64,000 nucleotides of DNA from Lepidodermella squamata (GCA_047495785.1 JBLDXI010000033.1:2418001-2482000); one strand, 5' to 3'. Counted from the stretch's first letter, positions 12,217 through 26,399 are shown. Numbers and translations: made by a program. The notes: a model not told the origin generated them from the letters alone.

Positions 12217-15200
12217 ATGCTAGCGAGCCCGTTTTTTGGCTTGCTCTGCTTAGCTTCGCTTTTTTATGGCACGAGGCGCTGCGCCGATGCAAAGGTGACT
12301 GTTTTTTTCCGTGACAATTTGTCGCGGGAAAGTGATTTAATTGTGACAAATGACTTTTTGACGCCGCGTTTTCACATAACTAAGGCTTTCGATGCTGCTC
12401 GCTGCGAGGTACCCGTCGTCGAGCATGGATTCGCTCAACGCAGCACGGCCGATGGCACCCAGCCGCTGCACGACCGACTTGTAGCGGCCGAGACCGAAAT
12501 CGCTATCAGCTGCGACCCGGGCTACGCTGTCGAAAATGGGCCCAATCGAATAATTTGCCTTCGGAACGGTCTGTGGTCTGGTCATGTTGCTCAATGTAAG
12601 TAATTATTCACATCGTAGCCACCCAATAGCTCAACTTCTTCTTATTTGTTTCAGGCCGGATGATTTCCCCGGTTTGATTTCATGTGCAAGTTTTTTCGAT
12701 TTAATCCAATTATTTTTATCAAATAGAAAAGTCGCGTGACATGTGCGGTCCCTGTTGTTGAAAATGGCTCACTTAGGGTCCTGTCAGCGAGGCGTCGCCT
12801 GGGAAAACGGGCAGGATTGTCCGACCGCTTGCCAGTTGGAACCCGCATTCACCTCAGATGCGATCGTGATTTTTACTTGTCCGAAGGCGCTTATGAAACA
12901 ACTTGTAGCTCTGACGGCATTTGGACGGCGTCGCTTGCTAAATGCCTACCGGTTGTCTCCGATGAGGAGGAATGCGGTGAAGAGCCGAAAATCAGCCATG
13001 CAATCGTTGTAGGGCGAACACCGGGAACGCGCATGATTGAATGCAACGAGGGCTACAAACTCATTGGCTCGGGCGTGATTCGCTGCGAACGCGATGGTCA
13101 TTGGTCATATGCCGAAAACGCCTGTCAGCGCGTCTGCAGTAAATTGCCAGTTATACCAAACGGCTACATAAGCGAGGGAGGCAGTTTTGTCGGCAGCGAG
13201 CGTGACGTTGGGTGCTTTAGCGCGTTTGAAATGAAAGGCCCCCGCAAGATCGAATGCAACAGCACCGGTCTTTGGTCGGACCCTGGCAAGTGCGAAAAAG
13301 GTGAGCAGGAATTTCCGAGCCCTGTGCTAAACAATTATCAATTTATTCTTTACAGCTTGTGGAGAGCCGCCTGTAATTCTGAATGGAAGTCTACAAGATG
13401 GCCCTTCCGTTATTGGCTCCGAACGCAAAATTATCTGCAACGAAGGTTTCGCATTGTCCGGGGTTCCTGTTATCAGTTGCAATCCGAACAGCCGATGGGT
13501 CGTTGGCGGTGTGTGCCGGAAAGGTTTGTGGGGATTTTCTTGAACCATTTCGGATTAATAAAATTACGAACAATAAAGCTTGCGGCCAGGCGCCAGCAGT
13601 GCTAAACGGAGCCGTAAAACCAGGAGAATCCGCGGTTGGTGCTGAAAGACGTGTCGCTTGTGATGTTGGATTTGTGCTGAAAGGACCGACAACCATTCGT
13701 TGTGGCGAGGATGCAAAATGGTCGGAGCCTGGTTTCTGTAAAAAAGGTTTGTTCAAGTGTTCCACCTCAATAGAACAGGTTTCTAATTTTTTATGTAGAG
13801 TCCATCCACATGGCAGCTGAAATGGGTGACATTGATGTTGTCAAGTATCTGATAAAATCGCAGCCTGAATTGATCGAGGCGCAGAATGCTTATGGTGACA
13901 GTCCCATGTGGCGAGCGGCACATAACGGCCAGGTTGAGGTCGTGAAACTTCTGATTGGAGAGGGTGCGAATATCGAGTCTAAAGGTCTTTACGGAAGAAC
14001 TCCGTTGCACGAAGCTGCCGCGCTGGGTCACTTGGAGGTTGTAAAAGAGTTGCTGAAGAACGGCGCCAACGTTTACGCGACCAGCAATAGCCACGATAGC
14101 GAGGATATGCCGATCCATTTGGCGGCGTTTGAAGGTCACCTTGAGGTGGTCCGAGCTCTTCTCGAAGCAAGCCCGGATCTCATAGATAAAAAAGACATGC
14201 ATGGCCGAACACCGGCTGAATTGGCCAAGTTGAGTGCCCACGAAAAAGCATCCGACGTGGTTCGATTTTTCAAGTCGCGAGGTAAAGCAATTTTTGATAG
14301 TCGATATACATTTTTTCTCTATTCAAGCCAAGTATTTAGTATGCGAAACTGACCCTGTCATTCTTCATGGCCATCTCGGAAACGGAACGTCCTCCACCGG
14401 TGGGGAAAGAAGTGTTCATTGCGACGACGGTTACATCTTAACCGGGCCGAAAATAGTCCGCTGCAAGTCAGGCGGCCAATGGACTGAGCCAGGGTCCTGC
14501 ATTGCCAAAGGTTGGAATCTCTACAATCACATACCTTACTATTTTTTACTATTAACATCTATCCTCAGAGTGTAGCTTCACTCCTGGCGTAGTCAACGGA
14601 CGAATCAGTGATGGCGACAATGCGATTGGCAGCGAGCGCTCCGTAACATGCTTGCACGGCTTCGAGCTAACTGGGCCAGGGAAAATTCGTTGCGAGAAAA
14701 ACGCGCAATGGACGACACCTGGTAGCTGCGAGCCATCTGAGTCGATTTTCTGGGCCGCTACTATGGGCCATGACCAAGTTGTTCGAGTGCTGTTGGAAAA
14801 GAAGCCTGAACTTCTTGAAGAACGTGATCGCGCCAACACGACTATCCTCGGCATAGCATCGTCATATGGCCAAACTGCAATCGTCGAGTACTTACTGACG
14901 AAACCTACCATCAATCTCGAGGCTCGTGACAAAGACGGCCGCACACCGTTGGCAATGGCGGCGTCCAAAGGCCATTTGCGAATAGTTCGAATGTTGGTAA
15001 AACGCGGCGCTAACGTTCACGCTAAGAGTTTGTCGGAGGATTACGAAGATCAGCCGGTTCATTTCGCAGCATTGACCGGTCACACTGATGTTGTTGAGTA
15101 CTTTATTAACGAAGACAGAGGTCTTTTGACGGCTAGGAATAGGGATGGTGATCACCCGATTCACCGGGCCGTTGTTGGTGGTCACGTTGCCACTGTCAAA

Positions 15201-15998
15201 ACTCTCCTAGATCTGGGTGCTAGTATCGAATCGCAAAACAACGATGGCTGGACCCCGCTTTGCCATGCTGCAGGTAAGACAATTCGCTAAAAATAACCAC
15301 TTCAGCACAACATTATTTTCGCGTTTCTAGCCGAGGGGAATCTTGACATAGTTAGGCTCCTGGTTGATGCTGGTGCGAATGTTTACGCAAGAAGTAATGC
15401 CGATGACGATGAGGACATGGCAATACACCTGGCAAGCTATTTCGGACACCTAAATGTGGTGAGCTACCTAGTCGACCGGAAACCAGATTTGGTAGCTGCC
15501 AAGAATCGCGAGGGTGAAACGCCCATCAATAGAGCTGCTGTGGGCGGCCACACTCCGGTTGTCGAATATTTGCTTAGCAAAGGTGTAAACATTGAAACAC
15601 GAGGATTCCGCGGCAGAACCCCACTTCATGAAGGTATTCCGCCTTTCAATAAAAATCTAAAAATATAGCCTAATTTAAATTTTCCATTAAAAGCCGCTAG
15701 CAAAGGCCATCTGAAGCTGGTAAAGATGTTGATTCGGAACAATGCAAATATGACAGCCCGCAGCGACAAGGACACGGATCGCGGCTCACTGCCCATTCAT
15801 CTAGCGTCGTATTTCGGCCAGCTGGATGTTGTGCGGTTTCTGATCGAGCAGAAACCTGACCTGGCAAATGCGAAAAACGCACGAGGCCAAACGCCACTGG
15901 AACACGCAGTTGCTGGCGGAACGCTTCATCATGCCGAAGAGGTTGTGCGATTCCTAACCGAGAAAGTCACCGGCCAGATAGGCGCCTCTTTGCCGTAG
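12217..15998 (+). CDS. Predicted secreted Sushi/CCP-ankyrin mosaic protein (SP-CCP6-ANK4-CCP2-ANK11)
   Basis: Hydrophobic N-terminus MLASPFFGLLCLASLFYG. Eight C..P...NG..C..G[FY]..G...C...G.W...C modules and TPLH-type ankyrin repeats. GT-AG introns join the exons in frame, and CCP8 runs into ankyrins within one exon (ORF 14652-15290). Confidence 0.85.
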
Positions 15999-17497
15999 TA
16001 GAGCCGCTGATATCGATATCTGCTATTTTCCCCTTTATATGCGTGTAACAATCTTTCTTATCTGGTACTAGTTAAACGTCCATTATTCTCTTTCTATTCA
16101 TTTCGATGCTGAACAGTTCAGCCGGGTGTAAATAAGCGTAATTGTGAAGTGTTGTAAAGTTTGCCATGTTCAGCATCGAGAGTAAAACACCATTTTGCAG
16201 TCGAGCGTCATTTTTTACTGAAATTCCCCTTGTACCACATCACAGGGTGAAACAAAACCGCCTGTACATCTGTGTAGTTATTTTATTTTTCCGAAAACAT
16301 TCAACCTGAAATGGTCATCACAACGGAATAGTCGCTTGATGTCGCACTCGCGTCATGCCAACACTGTGACGAAGCACACGAAGGAGGAGACGCCGAACAT
16401 TGGTCGCTCCGATCACCAACATCAACACAAAAAAGTCATCAGCTTAGGAAAATGCGCCCGGACAGTACGGGTATCGATCAAACAAAGGAGGTCTGCAGTT
16501 GCTTGCTGTGTTATCATCGCTAGGTGTGTACTACAAAGAGACGGCAGAGAAGAAATTAAAGCCGACGGGAGCGGGACTTCACTACACCATATCGCGAAGA
16601 AAAATTCGAGAATAAATGCGAGATAATATTCGGTTAAATGATAAGCAGTTCAGTTTTTCTAAATTTATAACAAATTCTGGCTATCACACTAGTTTTGTGG
16701 TGGTGTAATAATAGAAAATCTTCAAGAAGAAAAGAAGCTCGCCTCTCCCGGATTCCGGCTTCGAATTTTTTACAAAGTTACACACGTACACACTCACGTA
16801 TTTAGAAATATATGAGTAACAAGAATATAGGCGAAGTGTGCGAAAACTAAACCTTTGATTAAATATTTACCATGTAATTTTGCGAAATAACAAGAGACTT
16901 TACAATAATAATTTCTTAAAATCACATTTCATCGGTTTCAGTGCAACAAAAGACAGTATTTTCTGATTTTCAACTATAGTTACATCTACGTAGATGAATG
17001 TATAACAGCAGCAAGCGCCTATATCGCCCTTTTGCACTTAGTTCGCAACTGCTAGAGGGTTAACCGGATATAACAACGTTAAGTATGACGAAATAAAGCA
17101 AGCCTAATTTTATTGCATACAACAATTTACACGTTTTCAAGCATTTGAACGAAGTTCGAACAGCTCATGACGATGATACGGCACACCGGCGCATAAACAA
17201 ATAAAAAGATGATACATAGCAACACAACTTCGAAAAATGTTTTGCTATCGGTTTCTCTTTTTTACAGGCCTAAAACATCAAATGATTTTTTGAATTGAGC
17301 AGACTAATATTTAATAACGTTTCTCCATAGAACAACGGGTTTGATAAAAACGAGCCGGGAATTATGCGACTCTGCTATCGTTTTCAAGCAGTTTTTGTTT
17401 CTACCATCGCGTTTCGGTCAACAATGCGCAACTTATTCACCAAATATTTCACTTGTTACATAAGAAAGCGACGCGGTGGACAGTATTTACAGGTCTA

Positions 17498-20400
17498 TTA
17501 TTTGCGACCAGCTACTTTCAGTTTACGCACCGCTGCAGCTTTCGGTCGATTCGAGGCGGCGGCGCCAGATGAAAACAATAAGGGGCCATCGCCTCCGGGT
17601 GTGGCGGCGGCGGCGGGAGAGAAGCCACCGCCAGCGTTGAAGACGAAAGCGGGAGGTTGTGGGGTAGCGGCGAGTGGAGTTGGTCCTGACGTAGGGTTTC
17701 CAGCCGAGAAATTGAACGCAGGTGCCGCATCGAACTTGAATCCTCCAGCCGAGCCATTGGTTCCAGCTGAAATCATTTTGTAAAGTCAAGCTAATAAAGA
17801 ATTATCTCAAAATAACAACGAACCATTATTTCCAGTGGCGGTCGAGCCAAAAGTCGGGACGCTCGAGGCGAAATTGAATGATGGTGCGGTTGAGGCCGCG
17901 GTCGAAGCCGGCTGAGGAGCCAGCGATCCAAAGGCGAAAGGCGCTGGGGTGGCTGCTGCAGCGGGGGCGGCGGGTTGGCCGAACGCAGGCGCTGCAGATC
18001 CTCCAGTAGACGGCGCGCTTTGACCGAAGGCGAACAAGCCGTTGGTAGCAGGTGGCTGTTGCTGAGCGGGTGCAGCGGCAGCGCCGAAGCTGAACGGCGC
18101 GGGGGCGGCTGTGCTAGTCGCTGCAGTGGTGGAGCCGAAACTGAACGCGGCCGGGGTAGAACTAGCAGCTGTAGAGGCAGCAGCAGCAGCAGCTGAACCG
18201 AACGCAAAAGCCGGGGCCGATGACGCGTTCGAAGTAGTCGAGCCGAACGCAAAGCCACCAGTCGACGCCGAAGAGGCGGGCGCGGCGGTAGAGCCGAACG
18301 AGAAGCCGGACGATGTGGTCGTGGCGTTAGCTGCGGCCGGGGTCGAGCCAAATGCGAAGGCTGGCACGGTGCTTGGCGCTGAAGTCGCCGCTGCTGTCGA
18401 TGATGAGCCAAACAAAGGCGCGGATGAAGTCGTCGAGCCGAAGAGGCTGCCCGTCTGAGTAGTCGCTGGGGCGCCGAAAGTGCTCGTAAACGACGGAACT
18501 GCCGACGCAGAAGAGGCAGGGGCTGATCCGAAAAGAGATGATGGCGCTGAGGTCGTGCTTGCTGATGTTGCCGGGGTGCTGCTGCTGAAAATCGACGGGG
18601 CAGTCGAGGCAGGCGCGGCCGACGAAGGAGCACCGAAGACAGAACCAGTTGCGGACGAACCGAAAACTGGAGCCGCCGTTGAAGTCGCCGCTGATGGCGC
18701 ACTAGTTGCGGCAGTGCTGCCGAACGAAAACGCGAAACCTCCGGCTGACGGAGCCGATGAGGTGGGAGCAGTGGTTGCGGCTGGCTTCGCGAGACTGCCG
18801 AAGCTGAACCCGCCGGCAGATGAAGATGTCGTCGCGGCCGGGGCAGCTGCGCCGAAAGCGAAACCCGGTGCAGCTGCTGGGGTAGGTGCACTCGATGAGG
18901 TCGTTGAGGGCGAAGATGCGCCGAATTTGAAACCGCCCATCGACGGGGCAGCAGTGGAGGTCGCAGTTACCGGCGCTGAAGTGGCTGCCGGAGCAATGCC
19001 AAAGGAAATCGCCGGCGCTGCATCGGCTGATTTCGACGGTGCGATACCAAAAGCGAAACCGCCGTTAGTAGCCGGGGCAGAAATGCCGAATTTGGGCGCT
19101 TCTGCGGCCGGTTGTTTCGGCGCATTTGGACTTGGCGCCTCGCAAGCAGCGCATTTAGCCGCCTCCTTCTTGTTTTTGATCATACAGACATCACAAGACC
19201 ATTCACCCTCCTTCGCCGTGAACAAATTGCCGAAACCAGCCGGTTGTTTCGGCGCATTTGGATTGGGCGATTCGCAGGCAGCACATTTAGCTGCGTCTTT
19301 CTTGTTCTTGATCATGCACACATCGCAAGACCATTCGCCATCCTTAGGTGCAAACAGATTGCCGAAGCCTGTGCTGGTCAACGGTGCGGCAACTGACGAG
19401 GTCGTTGAGGTGGAAGGCGCAGTTGTTTCGGTTTTCGCCCCGGATGATTTGACAGTTTCTGAGCCGAAAATCGGCGCAGGTGTCGGGATCGGTGCCGTCA
19501 CACTGGTGGTAGTGGCTGTAGCAGTCGATAGCCGCACAGATTCCGAGGTGATTGGTAGAGAAATCGGGGGTAAGTCGATCTTGGGCAGCTCTATCTTTGC
19601 AGCTGGCTGTTCGGCCTTCGAAACCGCGGGCAAACCATTGACAGCCGGAACTTCGGCCGAGGCAGGCTTGCTAGGCGGCGCTTGAGGTTTTGGTGCGCTG
19701 CAAAGATCGCATACAGTAGCAGAACGAGGATTCATGTGTTGGCATCCGCAAACCCAGCCGCCTTCCATGGTGGCGCGGCGCTTCAGTCGAGATGACGCAC
19801 CAACCGCCGGGGTCGCACTTGGCACACTTGTGTTCAGCTCGGTAGCGGCAGCCGTGTTAGTAGTCGCCGTTGAACGAGAGCAGCGAGAGCAAGAAATCGC
19901 CTTGAAGTCATTCATTGACAAACAGTTGTTACAACGCCATTGACCAACAACCCCACCCGTAACTGGAGCCGGGGTGGATAACTCCTCGATCTTCTTAGGG
20001 GGCAGCGGATTCGAAGACATGACGAACGGGGTGGAAGTTGCAGATGGGCCACCAGTTAGAGTTCGAGATGGCGGTTCGATGGTGTTTGGAATCGGAAGTG
20101 TCGGTTTCTGTTGTTCTACCGATGAAGTTTCAGGAATAGACTTCCTTATACGTTTCACAGCAACATCTGGTTCGCTCTCTGCCCGATTGCTGCTGACTTT
20201 CGACCGACCGCATGAAAAGCAGTAGTCGTTTGCGTCACTGTTAGCGATATCGCAATCAGAACATGTCCAGATGGAGCCAGCCGAGCCACAGTTGGCGTCG
20301 ACGAGAACGCTCGGGGCGGTTAGAACGAACTTGCTTGACACTGGGAGTTGAACTCCGTTCGTGATTTTCCCAGTTGCAATAGGTTCGTGACTGGCGAGAG

Positions 20401-21839
20401 AGGGCGATGCGAAACGAAACGCCGGCTTTGGTGCTTGCGTTTCCATCTGACGGATAGCGACGGGTTCGACTTTGGCTGCTGGGGTCTCGATTGCTTCAGC
20501 CTTCGGTCGAGAGAAAAATTGGGCAGGGTCGATTAGATGCACACGCGTTGGGTCGACGGGTGCCATCTGGGGTTTTGTGATAGTCGCCGATGTCAATTGC
20601 TGGTATGCTTTGGCAAGGCGTTGGGCTGTCGGGTTCGCTGCGACAGGCGCCGATAGCAACGGGGCGCGAACCAGAGGAGAGTGAGAAGAAGGTTTTGCTG
20701 ATGACACGTCCAACCGCACGACACGAGGAGCCAGAGGGCTCTGTGGCCGAGGGGATGACACGGCCATGAGAGGCGACGATCGAGCTGGAAACCGGTCCAA
20801 CGTGTTATAAGGAGTAGCCTCCATTTTTTCGGAATTGAAATGTGGAGTCATTGTTTTCGTTTCAAATAGACTAACACGCCTCTTGGCTCCTAAGGGTGTT
20901 GTCAAAGAAGAAGTATCCCCAGATAGCGCACTTCCGAACTCCCGAGACACAGGTCTATGACTCAGCGTTGAAGGTAGAGTCATAGAGCTATAACGATCGC
21001 TTTCCCGAATCGAATTTTGAAGCGAAGTAGTTTCTACCAAAGGAGCTGCTCGCAGTGACGATGCCAAAGGCTGGGAGTAAACCGGAGGGTCTACTGGACG
21101 AGATGTGACTGTTACAAAATGTTGCCGTGAATAAAAATCAAGTTCGCAAATTGTTATATCAACTCACTTTCATCAAGCCTTCTTTGCTTCAGGGCGCTCC
21201 ATGGCGCTGCGAAGGACTGATTTGCTCCGTCTGATTTATACGGGACATTAGATGGCAAAGAAGACTGAACGTCTCCTAGACCCCTTTTCAATGATGTTGC
21301 CAACCGACTTCCGATTTCAGCCGTATTGGCAGAAGACGTTAGATTATTATTAATGTTATTAGCGCTGCTCAACACTGCCGACGTAGTAGCAGATGTGGCC
21401 AATGACGGCATATTATTGCTGAGCGCAATGTGACTAGTTGATGGCATATTGCCAGCATTCATGTGGTTCATTACAGACAATTCTAAAAAAAAAAAGAAGA
21501 AACCAATAATCAAATGCGTTTTGATGTTTCATACGAACCTGAAGCTTTCCGCTGCATTGCTGCACTGACCAAATTCTGGCGACTTCTCCTCCTTATGATC
21601 CTCGTAGACGTGTCCGGCTTCTCAGGCGCTTTCTGAGACTTTCCACCAATAAGAGATTGAAAGACGTTTTGGCAAACACTGCGAAACTTGGAGAAGACCC
21701 CAGCTTTATTCTGAGGCTGCTCCACTTCCTCTTCTTCCATTGCAACATCCTCATCATCGGAAATAACATCATCTGCACTTATCGGTCCATTAACACCCCC
21801 ATTGCTAGCAGAATGCGAGCCGAGGCTGTGAATCGACAT
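17498..21839 (-). CDS. NUP153: Nuclear pore complex protein Nup153
   Basis: Five RanBP2-type zinc fingers (e.g. WSCDVCMIKNKKDAAKCAAC), a long FxFG/FG repeat region and a basic C-terminal tail (RKLKVAGRK). About 4 exons. Confidence 0.88.
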
Positions 21840-23800
21840 GAGAAAATCTATATGAAAACAGTTTAAATTATGTACGGAATGATAGCTTATCGCTGATAAA
21901 TGGCTATCGAAATGTTCAGAGGTCAAATAGATAGGCGCATCTAAAGTCTGAATTTCTCAGTTGAAATCCGAGAAATTGGTTATTGGTAACACGTAAAAAG
22001 TAGGTTGAAACATTGAGCCGAAGCTCAAAAACTTGTAATTATATAAAGAATACCCAAACGCCACATGAAATTCTAAAAAGTTGACAGATAGTAATTATCT
22101 GGTCAAGAAGTAATATGAATACAGCATCAACGGCGAAATGACATCGCTACATGTGAACTTTATCTATTAGCCAGACTCTTCAACGAACAATTTGCAAGTA
22201 CAGTGAGCTTAGATTTCACGTTACGATAGCATTGGCAGAGGGCAGAGGTAGCAGGAAACCATCAATCAGTGGTGGTGAAATGAGTAATTATTAAGGATGT
22301 CATTACTCAGTTTACTGGATAGCAGTAGTGACTGATTTTAAACGCGAAATTCAGAACGCAGAAAGGAGTTCTTCGACATTCAACATATATCACGGCGTTT
22401 CTCCAAAAATCTTATTCGATACAGCAGTGTGATGGCAGGAGGCAGGATACAGTATAAAAAAGGATTCTGATGGAAAAAAAATAGTCAATAATGACAGTCA
22501 GATCTTCTGGACATTTTGATTTATCGACGTTTAACGAGAAAGGTGGACCCCGGGACCAAAGACCAGCGGAACCAAAAACTTCGGCAGGCAAACTCAGAGC
22601 AGCTGATGCTCCGAAGATCCCGCCGCGCGCCACTAATTCCTAATTTGCATAATATTTTCACATATAATAAAACAGAAATTTTACAAATTTACTTTAAAAA
22701 TTACGTAGCAATTTTTTGAATGAAGAGTACATTTCTTTTATTAATATTATTTTTTGTCGAGGGACATCCCGAAGAGGGGATGGAACCAACACAGAAGAAA
22801 GAAGGAAGAATAAGTTGGGAGCATAACCCGAAGGACGAAGAAAGGAAAGATACACTCTGACTGAAAGATAGGTTAAATACATTAGATGAGTCACTGAATT
22901 TTGAAGTTCGAACTTGCATCAGCCGAACTTTGCTGCAATTTTAGAATCCCTCCTACCTGATTGCTACCTGATACATCTTTCTTTTCCAATAATCTTCTCT
23001 CACTTCGATTGCTGGCCAACCATGTTTTGCATATGAATCAAGAATCAATGTTCTGCGAACATTCGTAAAATCTCATTCACAAAGTTTTTATTGGCCTAAA
23101 ACCTTTAAACTTTGCTACCAAGATCGAGAACTGTTTCGTTTGCTGAAAAATGAAAACTCTTCCGTGATCGCAATGCACCTAAGGGTTATATACTACCTAC
23201 TATGATCTATGAACTATAAACTTGAGTATCTATTAGCCAGGCCCAATGACGCAAAATAAGTGTGTGGTGTTTATAAAGCCCGCGAATTTTGCGTAGCTGC
23301 TGCCTCATCATTCATTCTTTGTCTTCACTGCGAGATTTAAGGAAACATCTTCAAACATTAAGTTGAATAAAGCTTGTGGAATATTTCTTTCACTTTTTTC
23401 TACTGTCAGCTCAGTAAATATTCAATCGTTCAAATTCTTTCATGAGCGGCTAAAGACAAATGCCCATTCAGTCACATTATGAGGACACTATAATTCAATA
23501 CTAGATCTGAAATAAGTAATTAGTTGTCTCTCGAAATTCGAAATCCTCACTGCAACCCAGTCTACTTCAACATTGTCGCGAAGGTTTAGTATTTCTGCAT
23601 TTCATGTCAATTGGTTTCAGCGTTTTGATTTGTGTGAGTTCAATTGTGTTGTGTTGTTCGTGTGTTATTTTCGAAGTTAACGAAATATTTCTTCAGTGTA
23701 CTTGATAAATTTGAATCATTTTTAGAAACATATAACTTAGCAAATTTCCTAACAACTTCTGCTGGTGTTTCATCTAGCTGTATTGTGCCGCTTCTTATGC

Positions 23801-25611
23801 ATGTCTTTAAGGGAGTTGATGCCAATTGAGAAAAGAACAAGATACCGCATGTTAAGCGCTCCGCAACAACGACGTCAGAAGAAGTCCAAAGATCTCAATA
23901 GCAGACATGATTGCTTTACCAAGCCGTCGATCTACCATGCTGTTGTTGTTATTTTCTTGGAATTTTTCGCCTGGGGTCTCTTGACTAATCTGAATATTCA
24001 GGTGAGTTCACTTCTAAATTAAGTTGCGAAAACGGCTATTCCATTGTTTATCAGGTGGTCGCCGAAACTTTTCCTCGGCACACTTTTCTCATGAATGGTT
24101 TGATACAAGGCGTCAAGGGTATTTTGGCGTTCTTAGCTGCGCCCCTGTTGGGTGCTCTCAGTGATGTCTGGGGGCGGAAGCTCTTTCTTCTCGTCAGCGT
24201 CGCTTTCACGTGTATGCCGATTCCGCTGTTGAGGATAAGTCCTTGGTATGTCATCACTTCTTTCGTAGAGCCATGTATTCTAGGTAAAATTTGTTTTCCA
24301 GGTGGTACTTCACAGCCATTTCTCTTTCTGGAATTTTCTCAATAACGTATTCCATCGTCTTTGCTTACGTCGCAGACATAACTGACAAAAATGAAAGGCA
24401 TACTGCCTATGGCATGGTTTCAGCCACATTTGCTGCTAGCATCGTAACTAGTCCGGCTATTGGAGTGCTTTTGGAGCAACTTTTCGGCGCCTCTGCTGTT
24501 GTTCTACTGGCAACTGCCGTAGCATCTCTCGATTTGCTTTTCATCATCGTATGTGTGCCAGAATCCTTAGCCGAGGAAATGCGTCCAGCGTCATGGGGAA
24601 CAACCATCAGCTGGGACAAGGCAGATCCGTTTGGATCACTGAAGAAAATTGGCCGTGATCCCGTTATTTTATTATTATCTTTGACGGTGTTCTTTTCCTA
24701 TATTCCCGAGTCGGGGCAGTACTCTTGTTTCTTTGTCTATTTGTCAAAGGTAAACATTTATTTGCAATTTTTCTTCAAATGAATGTTCAAATTATTGTTC
24801 ATAGGAGCTCAACTTCAAAGAGTATGAAATCGCCGCATTCATTGCCACTATTGGATTGCTCTCGGTTTTTGCGCAAACCGCTCTCCTTACTTTGCTCATC
24901 AATCACATCGGCAATCAGAAGACCCTAATTGTCGGTCTTGTGTTTGAATTTATTCAAATGGCATGGTACTCGGTGGCAACTGCGGGATGGTATAAACTTG
25001 TGGCTAGCTCTCTGCCTTTTGATTAATTCTGATTTCACCCTAGGATGATATGGGTTGCTGGTGTCATGGCCGCGGTTTCAACAATATGTTACCCAGCAAT
25101 AAGCAGTTACGCTTCAGCTGCTGCCTCAGCTGATCAGCAGGGTGTTTCTCAAGGAGTCGTCACGGGGGTGAGAGGCCTGTGTTATGGCCTCGGCCCGGCG
25201 CTGTTCGGTCTTATATTCTTCCTTTTTGACGTTGATCTCGAATCTCCCACAACCGCAGCTCCGGTCACGACTCCATCCGGTGTTCATGGTCTGAATGTTT
25301 CGCTAACAACCACTACACCATTTATCCTGCCCGCTCCGCACGTCCCTACCGGCATTCAGCGGTTTATTCCCGGTCCGCCGTTTGCTTTCGGTGCCATTTT
25401 CGTAATGTTTGCCATTATCATCGCGTTTTTCATGCCTCGATCTGCCAATATGTTGCCGCTGAACAACTCGTCGACGAGCTCAGCGAACTCGACCGGTGGC
25501 ATCTCGCGGCAGCAGAAGCAGCTTACAATCCATCTTGGTGAATTGGAAATCGCCGACAAGCAGCAGGAACAGATTGAGCCCTTGTTGAATATTAGTAGCG
25601 CTCAAGAATAA
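23801..25611 (+). CDS. MFSD14: MFS transporter, HIAT1/MFSD14 family
   Basis: PSIYHAVVVIFLEFFAWGLLT, GALSDVWGRK, FAYVADIT, VPESL, ADPFGSL and GPPFAFGA. Multi-exon. The start codon could be 23801, 23819 or 23849. Confidence 0.93.
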
Positions 25612-26399
25612 TTTCGGAAAATACGTTTATAGACACACCAAAAAATATGCGACTTCTGTTTGTGTTCAAGTGATTCAAAATCGTCCACAGGTGATGTGAG
25701 AATCCTTCAAATATTGATGAAAATAATTATCGTTTGATAAAAAATTGAATAATGAAGGCCAGCGCATCTTCGCGCTATTGGTGCTGGTATTACTCGAATT
25801 TCTATAGCTACATTATCGTTAATAATATTATTATTCTTTTTGCTTGTAAAATAACAGCTTTGGCGTTGGATAAAAATAAATTTCAAAAACTGCAAACTGA
25901 TGCTAACAATAATAGCTTTTTTCATTCGAAATGATGAAGAGAGGTTTCATCCGGCGATTTTATTACCGTTATTTTCTTGATAAATGTGAACTACCGCAAT
26001 TATGGATTTACTTTTAGTAGAACTAATAATTACCCAGTTGCTTATCACTCTTATAATTGTATTCGCCCTTCAACACGAGAACTAACTGGAAATAAAAAGC
26101 ATCATTTGTTTCAACTCATGCGTTCAATCTGATACTAGTCGAGCTTAATTTACCCCTATCGCTGCTATCCATGTCAGAACACATCCACCGAGTAGGTCGA
26201 ACCTGAGTTTAAAACGCCTCCGTCAACCTTAATGTTTGCACCTTGAATTCTTTTATCGATATCAAATCGCCTGTTTAGAAGCTGAGTTTTATTTTTGACA
26301 TGAAATGAAATCACTTAGTTATAATCATTTTTTCTACGGGAATATGTGTGTTTGTGTATTCGTGTATTCGGCTGTTGGAATTTGGCTGTGAATTTTCTG

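Noticed and set aside
16336-16626. 96-aa ORF between the Sushi-ANK gene and NUP153
   Set aside because: No motifs; it lies in convergent 3' UTR/intergenic sequence.
17791-19685. Long alternative-frame and antisense ORFs (366 aa, 401 aa) over NUP153
   Set aside because: These are shadows of a GC-rich, Ala/Ser/Thr low-complexity coding sequence.
22400-22920. Short ORFs and a purine-rich tract between NUP153 and MFSD14
   Set aside because: No motifs or coherent splice model; possibly a repeat remnant.
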